Sequence record: OR492646
Direction: 5' to 3' (one strand)
DNA length: 5,534 bases
From: Escherichia phage G4
In this document: in pieces, positions 1-5,534 of the stretch
How the letters are laid out: each line of letters opens with the position of its first letter
Position numbering within the stretch: the stretch's first letter is position 1
Position numbers and translations under genes: made by a program
Notes under the pieces: generated by a model
Told to the model about the DNA's origin: nothing
What the model saw: the letters and a program-made list of their open reading frames with translations, nothing else
Database searches by the model: none

Positions 1-3
1 TGC

Positions 4-33
4 TTGACTAATACTCAAACACTACTCTAATAT
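4..33 (+). promoter_or_regulatory. Candidate sigma70 promoter for gene A (pA-like): -35 TTGACT at 4-9, 18-nt spacer, -10 TAATAT at 28-33
   Basis: Seen in sequence: TTGACT is 5/6 to the -35 consensus, and TAATAT keeps the key -12T, -11A and -7T positions. The predicted transcript start near 40 sits upstream of the GGAGG at 48-52 and the ATG at 59. In phiX174-type phages a promoter for A lies in the H-A intergenic region. Not verifiable without transcript mapping. Confidence 0.4.
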
Positions 34-58
34 GCCTCCCATCAAACGGAGGCTTTTC

Positions 59-1723
59 ATGTTTAAAACTCATTCTGATTACTTCAACAAACCAAACATC
101 GACGCAATCAAACCGCTCGTCGAAACTGCTGGTATGTCTATTCTTGCTCAATCTCCGGGTCTCCGTATCTGGAAACAGTGCAATACTCGCATCAAACTAC
201 TGGAAGAAATCCTCGCCCACTACACTAACGGCATCCGCCGTGATGATAATGGTGACTTCTGGATGAATCCAAACTCTCAACTCGCAACCACTATTGCCTA
301 TCGTGCTCACCACAAAGGCCACAACCCTAAATTCAAACAATACCCAGAGTCATTTACCCTGGACGATATTATTACTGGCAAGCCAATACCTCAAACTGCC
401 CTTGGTGAATTACAACTCTCCGATGAAATCGGTGAAGATTACCGTCTCACAGTCCTCTCCATAATCGAAGAATTGCAAGAATGCTACGACGTGCTCGGAC
501 AACTTGATATTAATAACACTATAGACCACAAACCCCTCGGTAATGACCACTGGAACCTCCTCTATGAAAAACCCGTATACAAACATTGGTATCAACTCGT
601 TTCAAAACGACCCCTTAAAGATATCCGCGCCGATTACAACTATGCAAAAGCGAAGGGTATTAAAGATGAATGCTCAAAAATCTTGGAGGAGTCAACTATG
701 AAGTCTCGACGTGGCTTTACCGTTCAAAGATTAATGAATGCTATGCGTACTGCCCACACTCAGGGCTGGTATGTTGTATTCGATACTCTTACTCTAGCCG
801 ATGACCGCTTAAAGGATTTCTATGATAACCCCAATGCTCTTCGTGACTACTTCCGTGATATTGGTCGTATGGTGCTTACTGCCGAAGGTCGCTCGGTGCA
901 TGACTCATCTGCCGACTGCTATCAGTATTTTTGTGTGCCAGAGTATGGTACACAGCACGGTCGTCTACATTTCCACGCAGTGCATCTTATGCGCACACTT
1001 CCTTTGGGTTCTCTGGACCCTAACTTCGGTAAGCTGGTACGCACTAATCGGCAAATAAATAGCTTGCAAAACACGTGGCCTTATGGTTACTCTATGCCCA
1101 TCGCAGTCCGGTACTCCCAAGACGCATTCTCCCGCGCTGGCTGGCTCTGGCCTGTTGACACAAAGGGTGAACCCCTTAAAGCTACCTCGTATATGGCCGT
1201 AGGCTTCTACGTTGCTAAATACGTTAACAAAAAATCAGATATTGACATGGCCGCAAAAGGCCTAGGGAATAAACAATGGAACAATTCGCTCAAAACCAAG
1301 ATCAACTTCATACCCAAGAAAGTGTTCAGAATCCGAATGTCCCGCAATTTCGGAATGAAACTACTATCAATGGCTCACCTGTCAGCGGAAACCCTGATGG
1401 AACTAACCCAAGTGGGTTACGACGTGACCCCGTTCAACAACATCTTGAAGCAGAACGCCAAGAAAGAGCTCAAATCGAGGCTGGCAAAGAAATCTGTCGC
1501 CGACGTTTTGGAGGCGCAACCTGTGACGACCAATCTGCTAAAATTCATGCGCAATTTGACCCGAACAATCGGAGAGTCCAACCTACAGAGTTTTATCGCT
1601 TCAATGACTACGAAATTAACAAGTACGGATATTTCTGATGAAACCAAAAACTACGTTGCTGCTGAAGGAATTGCTGTTGCTAACCTACGAATTAAATCGA
1701 AGTGGACTGCTGGTGGAAAATGA
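59..1723 (+). CDS. A: Replication initiation protein A (HUH rolling-circle endonuclease), 554 aa
   Basis: The ORF track gives 32..1723. The in-frame ATG at 59 is preceded by a strong Shine-Dalgarno GGAGG (48-52) at 6-nt spacing, whereas the ATG at 32 has no RBS and overlaps the putative -10. The translation contains the HUH motif (GRLHFHAVH) and a long C-terminal region nearly identical to phiX174 A as I recall it (e.g. [43 protein letters not shown]). It stops with TGA at 1721-1723, overlapping the C start ATG (ATGA). Confidence 0.93.
   Translation: MFKTHSDYFNKPNIDAIKPLVETAGMSILAQSPGLRIWKQCNTRIKLLEEILAHYTNGIRRDDNGDFWMNPNSQLATTIAYRAHHKGHNPKFKQYPESFTLDDIITGKPIPQTALGELQLSDEIGEDYRLTVLSIIEELQECYDVLGQLDINNTIDHKPLGNDHWNLLYEKPVYKHWYQLVSKRPLKDIRADYNYAKAKGIKDECSKILEESTMKSRRGFTVQRLMNAMRTAHTQGWYVVFDTLTLADDRLKDFYDNPNALRDYFRDIGRMVLTAEGRSVHDSSADCYQYFCVPEYGTQHGRLHFHAVHLMRTLPLGSLDPNFGKLVRTNRQINSLQNTWPYGYSMPIAVRYSQDAFSRAGWLWPVDTKGEPLKATSYMAVGFYVAKYVNKKSDIDMAAKGLGNKQWNNSLKTKINFIPKKVFRIRMSRNFGMKLLSMAHLSAETLMELTQVGYDVTPFNNILKQNAKKELKSRLAKKSVADVLEAQPVTTNLLKFMRNLTRTIGESNLQSFIASMTTKLTSTDISDETKNYVAAEGIAVANLRIKSKWTAGGK
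500..529 (+). other. Origin of viral (+) strand rolling-circle replication; 30-nt A-protein recognition and nick site CAACTTG|ATATTAATAACACTATAGACCAC
   Basis: This is an exact match to the conserved 30-nt phiX174-type origin as I recall it, embedded in gene A (it encodes [10 protein letters not shown]). Protein A nicks between G506 and A507. Confidence 0.85.
698..1723 (+). CDS. A*: A* protein: in-frame internal restart within gene A (C-terminal 341 aa of A)
   Basis: The internal ATG at 698 is in the A frame and preceded by a strong SD GGAGGA (685-690) at 7-nt spacing. It begins MKSRRGF, the same position as the phiX174 A* start. Whether this phage expresses A* cannot be determined from sequence. 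Confidence 0.5.
   Translation: MKSRRGFTVQRLMNAMRTAHTQGWYVVFDTLTLADDRLKDFYDNPNALRDYFRDIGRMVLTAEGRSVHDSSADCYQYFCVPEYGTQHGRLHFHAVHLMRTLPLGSLDPNFGKLVRTNRQINSLQNTWPYGYSMPIAVRYSQDAFSRAGWLWPVDTKGEPLKATSYMAVGFYVAKYVNKKSDIDMAAKGLGNKQWNNSLKTKINFIPKKVFRIRMSRNFGMKLLSMAHLSAETLMELTQVGYDVTPFNNILKQNAKKELKSRLAKKSVADVLEAQPVTTNLLKFMRNLTRTIGESNLQSFIASMTTKLTSTDISDETKNYVAAEGIAVANLRIKSKWTAGGK
1276..1638 (+). CDS. B: Internal scaffolding protein B, 120 aa, encoded in an alternate frame entirely within gene A
   Basis: The ORF track entry 1276..1638 starts with ATG. Its acidic, Q/E-rich protein ends ...[17 protein letters not shown]...[16 protein letters not shown], closely matching phiX174 B (...[10 protein letters not shown]...EFYRF...GYF) at the same length. 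Confidence 0.9.
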   Translation: MEQFAQNQDQLHTQESVQNPNVPQFRNETTINGSPVSGNPDGTNPSGLRRDPVQQHLEAERQERAQIEAGKEICRRRFGGATCDDQSAKIHAQFDPNNRRVQPTEFYRFNDYEINKYGYF

Positions 1724-1808
1724 GGAAATTCAATCTCAACTTAAAAAACTCGAGGTCGTCTTACTTCGCAACCTTTCGCCATTATCTCAACGTTCTGGCA
1801 AAGACTGA
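1638..1808 (+). CDS. K: Protein K, 56 aa (small leucine-rich protein), overlapping the 3' end of A and the 5' end of C
   Basis: Not in the ORF track (below its length cutoff). Manual translation from the ATG at 1638-1640, which overlaps the B stop as TGATG, gives [56 protein letters not shown], then TGA at 1806-1808. This matches phiX174 K (...[21 protein letters not shown]...LSPS...) in sequence, length and position. Confidence 0.85.
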   Translation: MKPKTTLLLKELLLLTYELNRSGLLVENEEIQSQLKKLEVVLLRNLSPLSQRSGKD

Positions 1809-1974
1809 CGCCCTTGACGAGGAAAAATACCTAAACATGCTAGGTGCTCTCCTCAAAGACTGGTTCCGGTACGAAGAACATTTCGTACATGGTAAACAAT
1901 CAATGCTTGACATACTGAAAGAACGTGGCCTATTATCCACAACGTCAACTGACACAAACCGCAAAGGAAACTGA
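1720..1974 (+). CDS. C: Protein C (DNA maturation; switches replication to single-strand synthesis and packaging), 84 aa
   Basis: The ATG at 1720-1722 overlaps the A stop. The ORF track extends it to a GTG at 1702, which I judge an artefact. The translation [21 protein letters not shown]...[13 protein letters not shown]...[13 protein letters not shown]...[10 protein letters not shown] closely matches phiX174 C. Confidence 0.9.
   Translation: MRKFNLNLKNSRSSYFATFRHYLNVLAKTDALDEEKYLNMLGALLKDWFRYEEHFVHGKQSMLDILKERGLLSTTSTDTNRKGN
1907..1936 (+). promoter_or_regulatory. Candidate sigma70 promoter for the late genes (pD-like): -35 TTGACA at 1907-1912, 18-nt spacer, -10 TATTAT at 1931-1936
   Basis: Seen in sequence: a perfect -35 hexamer and a 5/6 -10 hexamer. 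It lies near the 3' end of gene C, about 40 nt upstream of the D start, where the phiX174 D promoter is located. Confidence 0.5.
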
Positions 1975-1975
1975 A

Positions 1976-2434
1976 ATGTCTAAATCAAACGAATCTGCTG
2001 TAGCCTTTCAAACTGCTATTGCCTCTATCAAACTCATTCAAGCCTCTTCTGTTCTCGACTTGACAGAGGACGACTTTGACTTCTTAACTCGCGACCGTGT
2101 CTGGATTGCTACCGACCGCTCACGCGCTCGCCGTGCTATCGAGGCCTGCGTATATGGAACACTGGACTTTGTCGGGTATCCTCGCTTTCCTGCTCCTGTT
2201 GAGTTTATTGCTGCCGTCATTGCTTATTATGTTCATCCCGTTAACATCCAAACCGCCTGCCTCATCATGGAAGGTGCTGAGTTTACCGAAAACATCGTCA
2301 ATGGTGTTGAACGCCCAGTTAAAGCCTCTGAACTGTTCGCCTTCACTCTTCTCGTTCGCGCCGGCAACAAAGACCTTATCGGTCATGCCGAAACAAACAT
2401 CCGTGAACAATTACGTGCTCAAGGAGTTATGTAA
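1976..2434 (+). CDS. D: External scaffolding protein D, 152 aa
   Basis: ATG at 1976 with an AGGA SD about 9 nt upstream. The ORF track's upstream extension to 1925 lies inside C. From IASIKLIQAS onward the protein is nearly identical to phiX174 D (FPAPVEFIAAVIAYYVHPVNIQTACLIMEGAEFTEN...) at the same length. The TAA stop at 2432-2434 overlaps the J start (TAATG). Confidence 0.95.
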   Translation: MSKSNESAVAFQTAIASIKLIQASSVLDLTEDDFDFLTRDRVWIATDRSRARRAIEACVYGTLDFVGYPRFPAPVEFIAAVIAYYVHPVNIQTACLIMEGAEFTENIVNGVERPVKASELFAFTLLVRAGNKDLIGHAETNIREQLRAQGVM

Positions 2435-2465
2435 TGAAAAAATCAATTCGCCGCTCTGGTGGTAA
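2154..2465 (+). CDS. E: Lysis protein E (MraY inhibitor type), 103 aa, overprinted in the +1 frame of D and running into J
   Basis: ATG at 2154 with a GAGG about 10 nt upstream. The ORF track's GTG at 2097 is probably too early. The N-terminal transmembrane segment WTL...LAFLLLLSLLLPSLLIMFIP matches the conserved phiX174 E TM domain, including the Pro in LLLPSLL. The stop is TAA at 2463-2465. Confidence 0.85.
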   Translation: MEHWTLSGILAFLLLLSLLLPSLLIMFIPLTSKPPASSWKVLSLPKTSSMVLNAQLKPLNCSPSLFSFAPATKTLSVMPKQTSVNNYVLKELCNEKINSPLWW

Positions 2466-2511
2466 ATCTAAAGGTGCTCGCCTCTGGTATGTAGGCGGAA
2501 CACAATACTAA
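2434..2511 (+). CDS. J: Small basic DNA-binding/packaging protein J, 25 aa (MKKSIRRSGGKSKGARLWYVGGTQY)
   Basis: ATG at 2434-2436 overlaps the D stop, with an AAGGAG SD at 2420-2425. The highly basic peptide ends ARLWYVGG, matching the conserved J C-terminus. Its 25-aa length is G4-like (phiX174 J is 38 aa). Stop is TAA at 2509-2511. Confidence 0.9.
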   Translation: MKKSIRRSGGKSKGARLWYVGGTQY

Positions 2512-2519
2512 ACTCTTAT

Positions 2520-2537
2520 GTGGGACCGCGGTCCCAC
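2520..2537 (+). terminator. J-F intergenic perfect palindrome GTGGGACCGCGGTCCCAC (hairpin; weak intrinsic terminator or mRNA-stabilising element)
   Basis: Seen in sequence: an 18-nt perfect inverted repeat followed by the T-rich run TCTATTT. Microviruses carry a hairpin between J and F that acts as a leaky terminator and transcript stabiliser. Confidence 0.55.
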
Positions 2538-2556
2538 TCTATTTAAGGATACAAAA

Positions 2557-3840
2557 ATGTCTAACGTTCAAACTTCTGCGGACCGTGTACCTCATGACTT
2601 ATCTCACCTTGTCTTTGAGGCTGGTAAAATCGGTCGCCTCAAAACTATCTCTTGGACGCCTGTTGTTGCTGGTGACTCTTTCGAGTGTGATATGGTTGGC
2701 GCTATTCGCCTTTCCCCTCTTCGTCGCGGCCTCGCTGTTGACTCACGTGTTGATATCTTTTCTTTCTACATTCCACACCGTCATATCTACGGTCAGCAAT
2801 GGATTAATTTTATGAAGGATGGCGTTAATGCCTCTCCTCTTCTTCCTGTTACATGTTCCTCTGGTTGGGGCTCTGCTGCTTATCTTGGTACCATTCCGTC
2901 CTCTAACCTTAAGGTGCCTAAATTCTTACATCAGGGCTATCTGAATATTTATAACAACTACTTCAAACCGCCTTGGTCTGATGACTTAACTTACGCCAAC
3001 CCATCCAATATGCCTGCTGAGGATTATAAATGGGGCGTACGTGTCGCTAACCTGAAATCTATCTGGACCGCGCCACTTCCACCGGATACCCGTACATCTG
3101 AAAACATGACTACTGGTACATCCACTATTGACATTATGGGCCTCCAAGCCGCATATGCTAAATTACATACGGAACAGGAACGTGATTACTTCATGACCCG
3201 TTACCGTGACATTATGAAAGAGTTCGGCGGTTATACATCCTATGATGGTGATAATCGTCCTCTTCTGCTCATGCGCTCTGAGTTTTGGGCCTCTGGCTAT
3301 GACGTAGACGGTACCGACCAATCTTCTCTCGGTCAATTCTCTGGACGCGTCCAGCAAACCTTTAATCATAAAGTGCCACGCTTTTATGTTCCTGAACATG
3401 GCGTAATTATGACTCTGGCGGTTACTCGCTTCCCGCCGACTCATGAAATGGAAATGCACTATTTTGTAGGCAAAGAAAACTTAACCTATACCGATATTGC
3501 TTGTGACCCTGCACTGATGGCTAACCTGCCACCGCGTGAAGTGTCCTTAAAAGAATTCTTCCACTCCTCACCTGATTCTGCTAAATTCAAAATCGCTGAG
3601 GGCCAATGGTATCGCACACAGCCTGACCGTGTCGCTTTCCCATATAATGCTCTGGATGGATTCCCGTTCTACTCTGCTCTCCCGTCCACGGAACTAAAAG
3701 ACCGTGTACTGGTTAACACTGATAACTACGATGAAATCTTCCAGTCTATGCAGCTTGCACACTGGAATATGCAAACTAAATTTAATATTAACGTTTATCG
3801 TCACATGCCTACGACTCGTGACTCAATCATGACCTCGTAA
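2557..3840 (+). CDS. F: Major capsid protein F, 427 aa
   Basis: ATG at 2557 with an AAGGA SD 9 nt upstream. The ORF track's start at 2518 lies inside the palindrome. The translation MSNVQTSADRVPHDLSHL...RLSPLRRGLA...QGYLNIYNNYF...IDIMGLQAAYA...GQFSGRVQQT...KFKIAEGQWYR...PTTRDSIMTS is strongly similar over its full length to phiX174 F at the same 427-aa length. Confidence 0.97.
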   Translation: MSNVQTSADRVPHDLSHLVFEAGKIGRLKTISWTPVVAGDSFECDMVGAIRLSPLRRGLAVDSRVDIFSFYIPHRHIYGQQWINFMKDGVNASPLLPVTCSSGWGSAAYLGTIPSSNLKVPKFLHQGYLNIYNNYFKPPWSDDLTYANPSNMPAEDYKWGVRVANLKSIWTAPLPPDTRTSENMTTGTSTIDIMGLQAAYAKLHTEQERDYFMTRYRDIMKEFGGYTSYDGDNRPLLLMRSEFWASGYDVDGTDQSSLGQFSGRVQQTFNHKVPRFYVPEHGVIMTLAVTRFPPTHEMEMHYFVGKENLTYTDIACDPALMANLPPREVSLKEFFHSSPDSAKFKIAEGQWYRTQPDRVAFPYNALDGFPFYSALPSTELKDRVLVNTDNYDEIFQSMQLAHWNMQTKFNINVYRHMPTTRDSIMTS

Positions 3841-3849
3841 CGCAACAAA

Positions 3850-3955
3850 GGCCGCCCCTCTACTGGTCAGATACCTGCCCAATGTGGGGCGGACCGTGCC
3901 TACGGAGATACTTGAGTCTCCGATACATGGACGGCGAAAGCCGCCGTCCCTACTG
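3850..3955 (+). other. F-G intergenic structured region: candidate G4-type complementary (-) strand origin with three stem-loops and a CTG primase start site
   Basis: Seen in sequence: hairpin 3852-3858/3886-3892 (CCGCCCC/GGGGCGG); hairpin 3903-3908/3917-3922 (CGGAGA/TCTCCG, 8-nt loop); hairpin 3929-3936/3942-3949 (GGACGGCG/CGCCGTCC, 5-nt loop); then CTG at 3953-3955. The reverse complement of 3929-3954 reads AGTAGGGACGGCGGCTTTCGCCGTCC, which matches my recollection of the 5' end of the G4 primer RNA made by DnaG primase. Confidence 0.6.
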
Positions 3956-3976
3956 CAAAGCCAAAAGGACTAACAT

Positions 3977-4510
3977 ATGTTCCAGAAATTCATTTCTAAG
4001 CACAATGCTCCAATTAACTCTACTCAGCTTGCTGCCACTAAAACTCCGGCTGTCACGGCACCTGTTTTATCTGTGCCTGACTTAAGCCGCTCTACTATTA
4101 AAATCAATGCAACAACCACAGCCGTTACAACTCATTCAGGCTTGTGCCATGTTGTTCGCATTGATGAAACAAGCCCAACAAATCATCACGCTCTATCTAT
4201 TGCAGGTTCGTTATCAAACGTTCCTGCTGATATGATTGCTTTTGCCATTCGTTTTGAGGTCGCTGATGGCGTCGTTCCTACTGCCGTCCCGGCCTTATAC
4301 GACGTCTATCCAATCGAAACCTTCAATAACGGCAAAGCAATCTCATTTAAAGATGCTGTTACTATCGATTCACATCCCCGCACCGTCGGTAACGACGTTT
4401 ATGCGGGAATCATGCTCTGGTCTAACGCTTGGATCGCCTCTACTATCTCTGGCGTCCTCTCTGTTAATCAGGTAAACCGTGAAGCAACTGTTCTTCAACC
4501 TCTGAAATAA
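3977..4510 (+). CDS. G: Major spike protein G, 177 aa
   Basis: ATG at 3977 with an AAGGA SD 7 nt upstream. The translation starts [10 protein letters not shown] and ends [14 protein letters not shown], with an internal YDVYP...[26 protein letters not shown], matching phiX174 G (MFQTFISRHN...YDVYP...[26 protein letters not shown]...LQPLK). Confidence 0.95.
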   Translation: MFQKFISKHNAPINSTQLAATKTPAVTAPVLSVPDLSRSTIKINATTTAVTTHSGLCHVVRIDETSPTNHHALSIAGSLSNVPADMIAFAIRFEVADGVVPTAVPALYDVYPIETFNNGKAISFKDAVTIDSHPRTVGNDVYAGIMLWSNAWIASTISGVLSVNQVNREATVLQPLK

Positions 4511-4520
4511 GGATTATCCT

Positions 4521-5534
4521 ATGTTTGACGCTATTGCTGGCGGTATCGCCTCCGCACTTGCTGGAGGCCTTACAGGTAAATTATTTGGCGGCGGTCAGTC
4601 CGCCAACTCTACTGGAATTCAAGGCAACGTCCTTGCTTCCGATAACAATGTTGTAGGTGCTAATGATGCCGGTATTAAATCTGCTATTCAGGGCTCTACT
4701 GTTCCTAACTCTCAGGAAGCTGCCCCCTCCGCTATCTCTGGCATCCTTGCCGACTCTGGCAAGCATGCGCTCTCGTCTCTTACCGATGCTGGTGCAAATA
4801 AACTCATGGAGGCTGTCGGCCTTTCTAAGTCTGCCTCTGACAAGGGCAAGGACACAAAAGACTACCTCGCCGCCGCATTCCCCGATCTCAACCCATGGGA
4901 ACGTGCCGGCGCTGGCGCTTCTGGTGCAGGCATGCAAGACGCTGGCTTCCAAAATCAGAAAGAGCTAACCAAAATGCAGCTTGACAACCAAAAGGAAATC
5001 GTTAAGATGCAAAACGAAACCCAGAAGGAAATCGCTGGGCTTCAATCTGTTACATCACGCGAAAATACCAAGGATACTGTATATGCTCAAAATGAAATGC
5101 TCGCGTATAACCAAAAAGAGTCTATGTCACGCGTTGGCGCTATTCTCGAAAACACAAGCCTCACCAAACAACAACAAACTTCTGAAATTATGCGGCAAAT
5201 GCTTACTCAAGCTCAAACCGCAGGTCAATATTTTACGAATGAGCAAATCCAAGCGCTTACAAGAAAAGTTGGTGCTGATATTGATGCTGTTCGCGCTAAC
5301 ACTGCACGCACCCATGTAGAAATCGACCGCTCAAAACAGGAGGTTCAAAACTCCCGTTACGCTTCATCACAGGTAGGCAAAACCGCTAAGGACGTGTCCA
5401 ATGCAATTACTGATACAGCTGGTTCTATTGTTGATTATTTTCGTGGTGTTGATCAAAAAGTGGCAGACGTTTACAACAACTATTTCAAAGATGGTAAATC
5501 GAAAGGAATAGAATCCAATCACCGCTCCAAATAA
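4521..5534 (+). CDS. H: DNA pilot / minor spike protein H, 337 aa
   Basis: ATG at 4521 with an AAGGA SD 7 nt upstream. It has a Gly-rich N-terminus ([16 protein letters not shown]...KLFGGGQ) and a conserved central region (KDYLAAAFP...[27 protein letters not shown]...[14 protein letters not shown]...[20 protein letters not shown]) closely matching phiX174 H. The TAA stop is the last codon of the window. Confidence 0.95.
   Translation: MFDAIAGGIASALAGGLTGKLFGGGQSANSTGIQGNVLASDNNVVGANDAGIKSAIQGSTVPNSQEAAPSAISGILADSGKHALSSLTDAGANKLMEAVGLSKSASDKGKDTKDYLAAAFPDLNPWERAGAGASGAGMQDAGFQNQKELTKMQLDNQKEIVKMQNETQKEIAGLQSVTSRENTKDTVYAQNEMLAYNQKESMSRVGAILENTSLTKQQQTSEIMRQMLTQAQTAGQYFTNEQIQALTRKVGADIDAVRANTARTHVEIDRSKQEVQNSRYASSQVGKTAKDVSNAITDTAGSIVDYFRGVDQKVADVYNNYFKDGKSKGIESNHRSK

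Noticed and set aside
822-1058. + strand alternate-frame ORF inside gene A (78 aa, hydrophobic and Cys-rich)
   Set aside because: No SD upstream and no counterpart in the known gene map of this phage family. The composition looks like an out-of-frame reading of a T-rich coding region.
1000-1275. Search for a B-gene promoter (pB) inside gene A
   Set aside because: Several weak candidates exist (TTGACA at 1155-1160 and 1242-1247, TTGCTA at 1212-1217), but none has a convincing -10 hexamer at 16-19 nt spacing. I cannot place pB from sequence alone.
1702-2557. N-terminally extended starts from the ORF track for C (1702), D (1925), E (2097) and F (2518)
   Set aside because: These use non-ATG starts or lack an SD and run through the upstream gene or the palindrome. 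The downstream ATGs with SD-like sequences reproduce the conserved N-termini and protein lengths of the phiX174/G4 homologues.
2585-2815. + strand alternate-frame ORF inside gene F (76 aa, Leu-rich)
   Set aside because: Out-of-frame reading of F with no RBS. Leu/Ser/Phe-rich products are typical artefacts of the T-rich third codon positions of the overlapped real gene.
3882-4085. ORF spanning the F-G intergenic hairpins and the start of G
   Set aside because: It starts inside the structured intergenic region, has no SD, and runs out of frame into G. The region is better explained as a replication origin than as coding.
410-5315. Eight minus-strand ORFs in the track (410..595, 1417..1647, 1782..1964, 2038..2220, 2120..2410, 3163..3459, 4581..4952, 5127..5315)
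   Set aside because: All lie antisense to well-supported + strand genes, have no recognisable SD or start context, and their translations show no features I recognise. Phages of this family have no known minus-strand genes, so these are the expected chance ORFs.
4236-5319. Alternate-frame + strand ORFs inside G and H (4236..4475, 4657..4968, 4981..5319), including a Lys/Arg-rich one
   Set aside because: None has a convincing start: 4981 is a TTG, 4657 a GTG, and the nearby AGGTG is only 3 nt from the first ATG. None matches a known microvirus gene. Overprinting does occur in this family, but nothing here supports it.
1-5534. Possibility of a novel defence, toxin or other undescribed system, CRISPR array, tRNA or mobile element
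   Set aside because: Every substantial ORF is accounted for by a canonical microvirus gene and the non-coding sequence by known origin and terminator structures. There are no direct-repeat arrays, tRNA-like cloverleaf candidates or terminal inverted repeats.

Overview
This window is an almost complete, probably full-length, genome of a phiX174/G4-type microvirus (Microviridae, Bullavirinae; the short 25-aa J protein and 554-aa A protein point to the G4-like lineage). All eleven canonical genes lie on the + strand in the order A(A*)-B-K-C-D(E)-J-F-G-H, with the classic overlaps: B inside A, K across the A/C junction, E inside D. Gene K is absent from the supplied ORF track and was found by manual translation. 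The gene A start is better placed at 59 than at 32. Non-coding elements I can support are the conserved 30-nt viral-strand origin inside A, a perfect palindrome between J and F, a hairpin-rich F-G intergenic region resembling the G4 complementary-strand origin, and sigma70-like promoters upstream of A and D. Identifications rest on my recall of phiX174/G4 protein and origin sequences, since no search could be run. I see no evidence of a novel or undescribed system: no defence genes, CRISPR, tRNA or mobile elements. The interesting content is the dense gene overprinting and the origin structures of a well-studied phage family.
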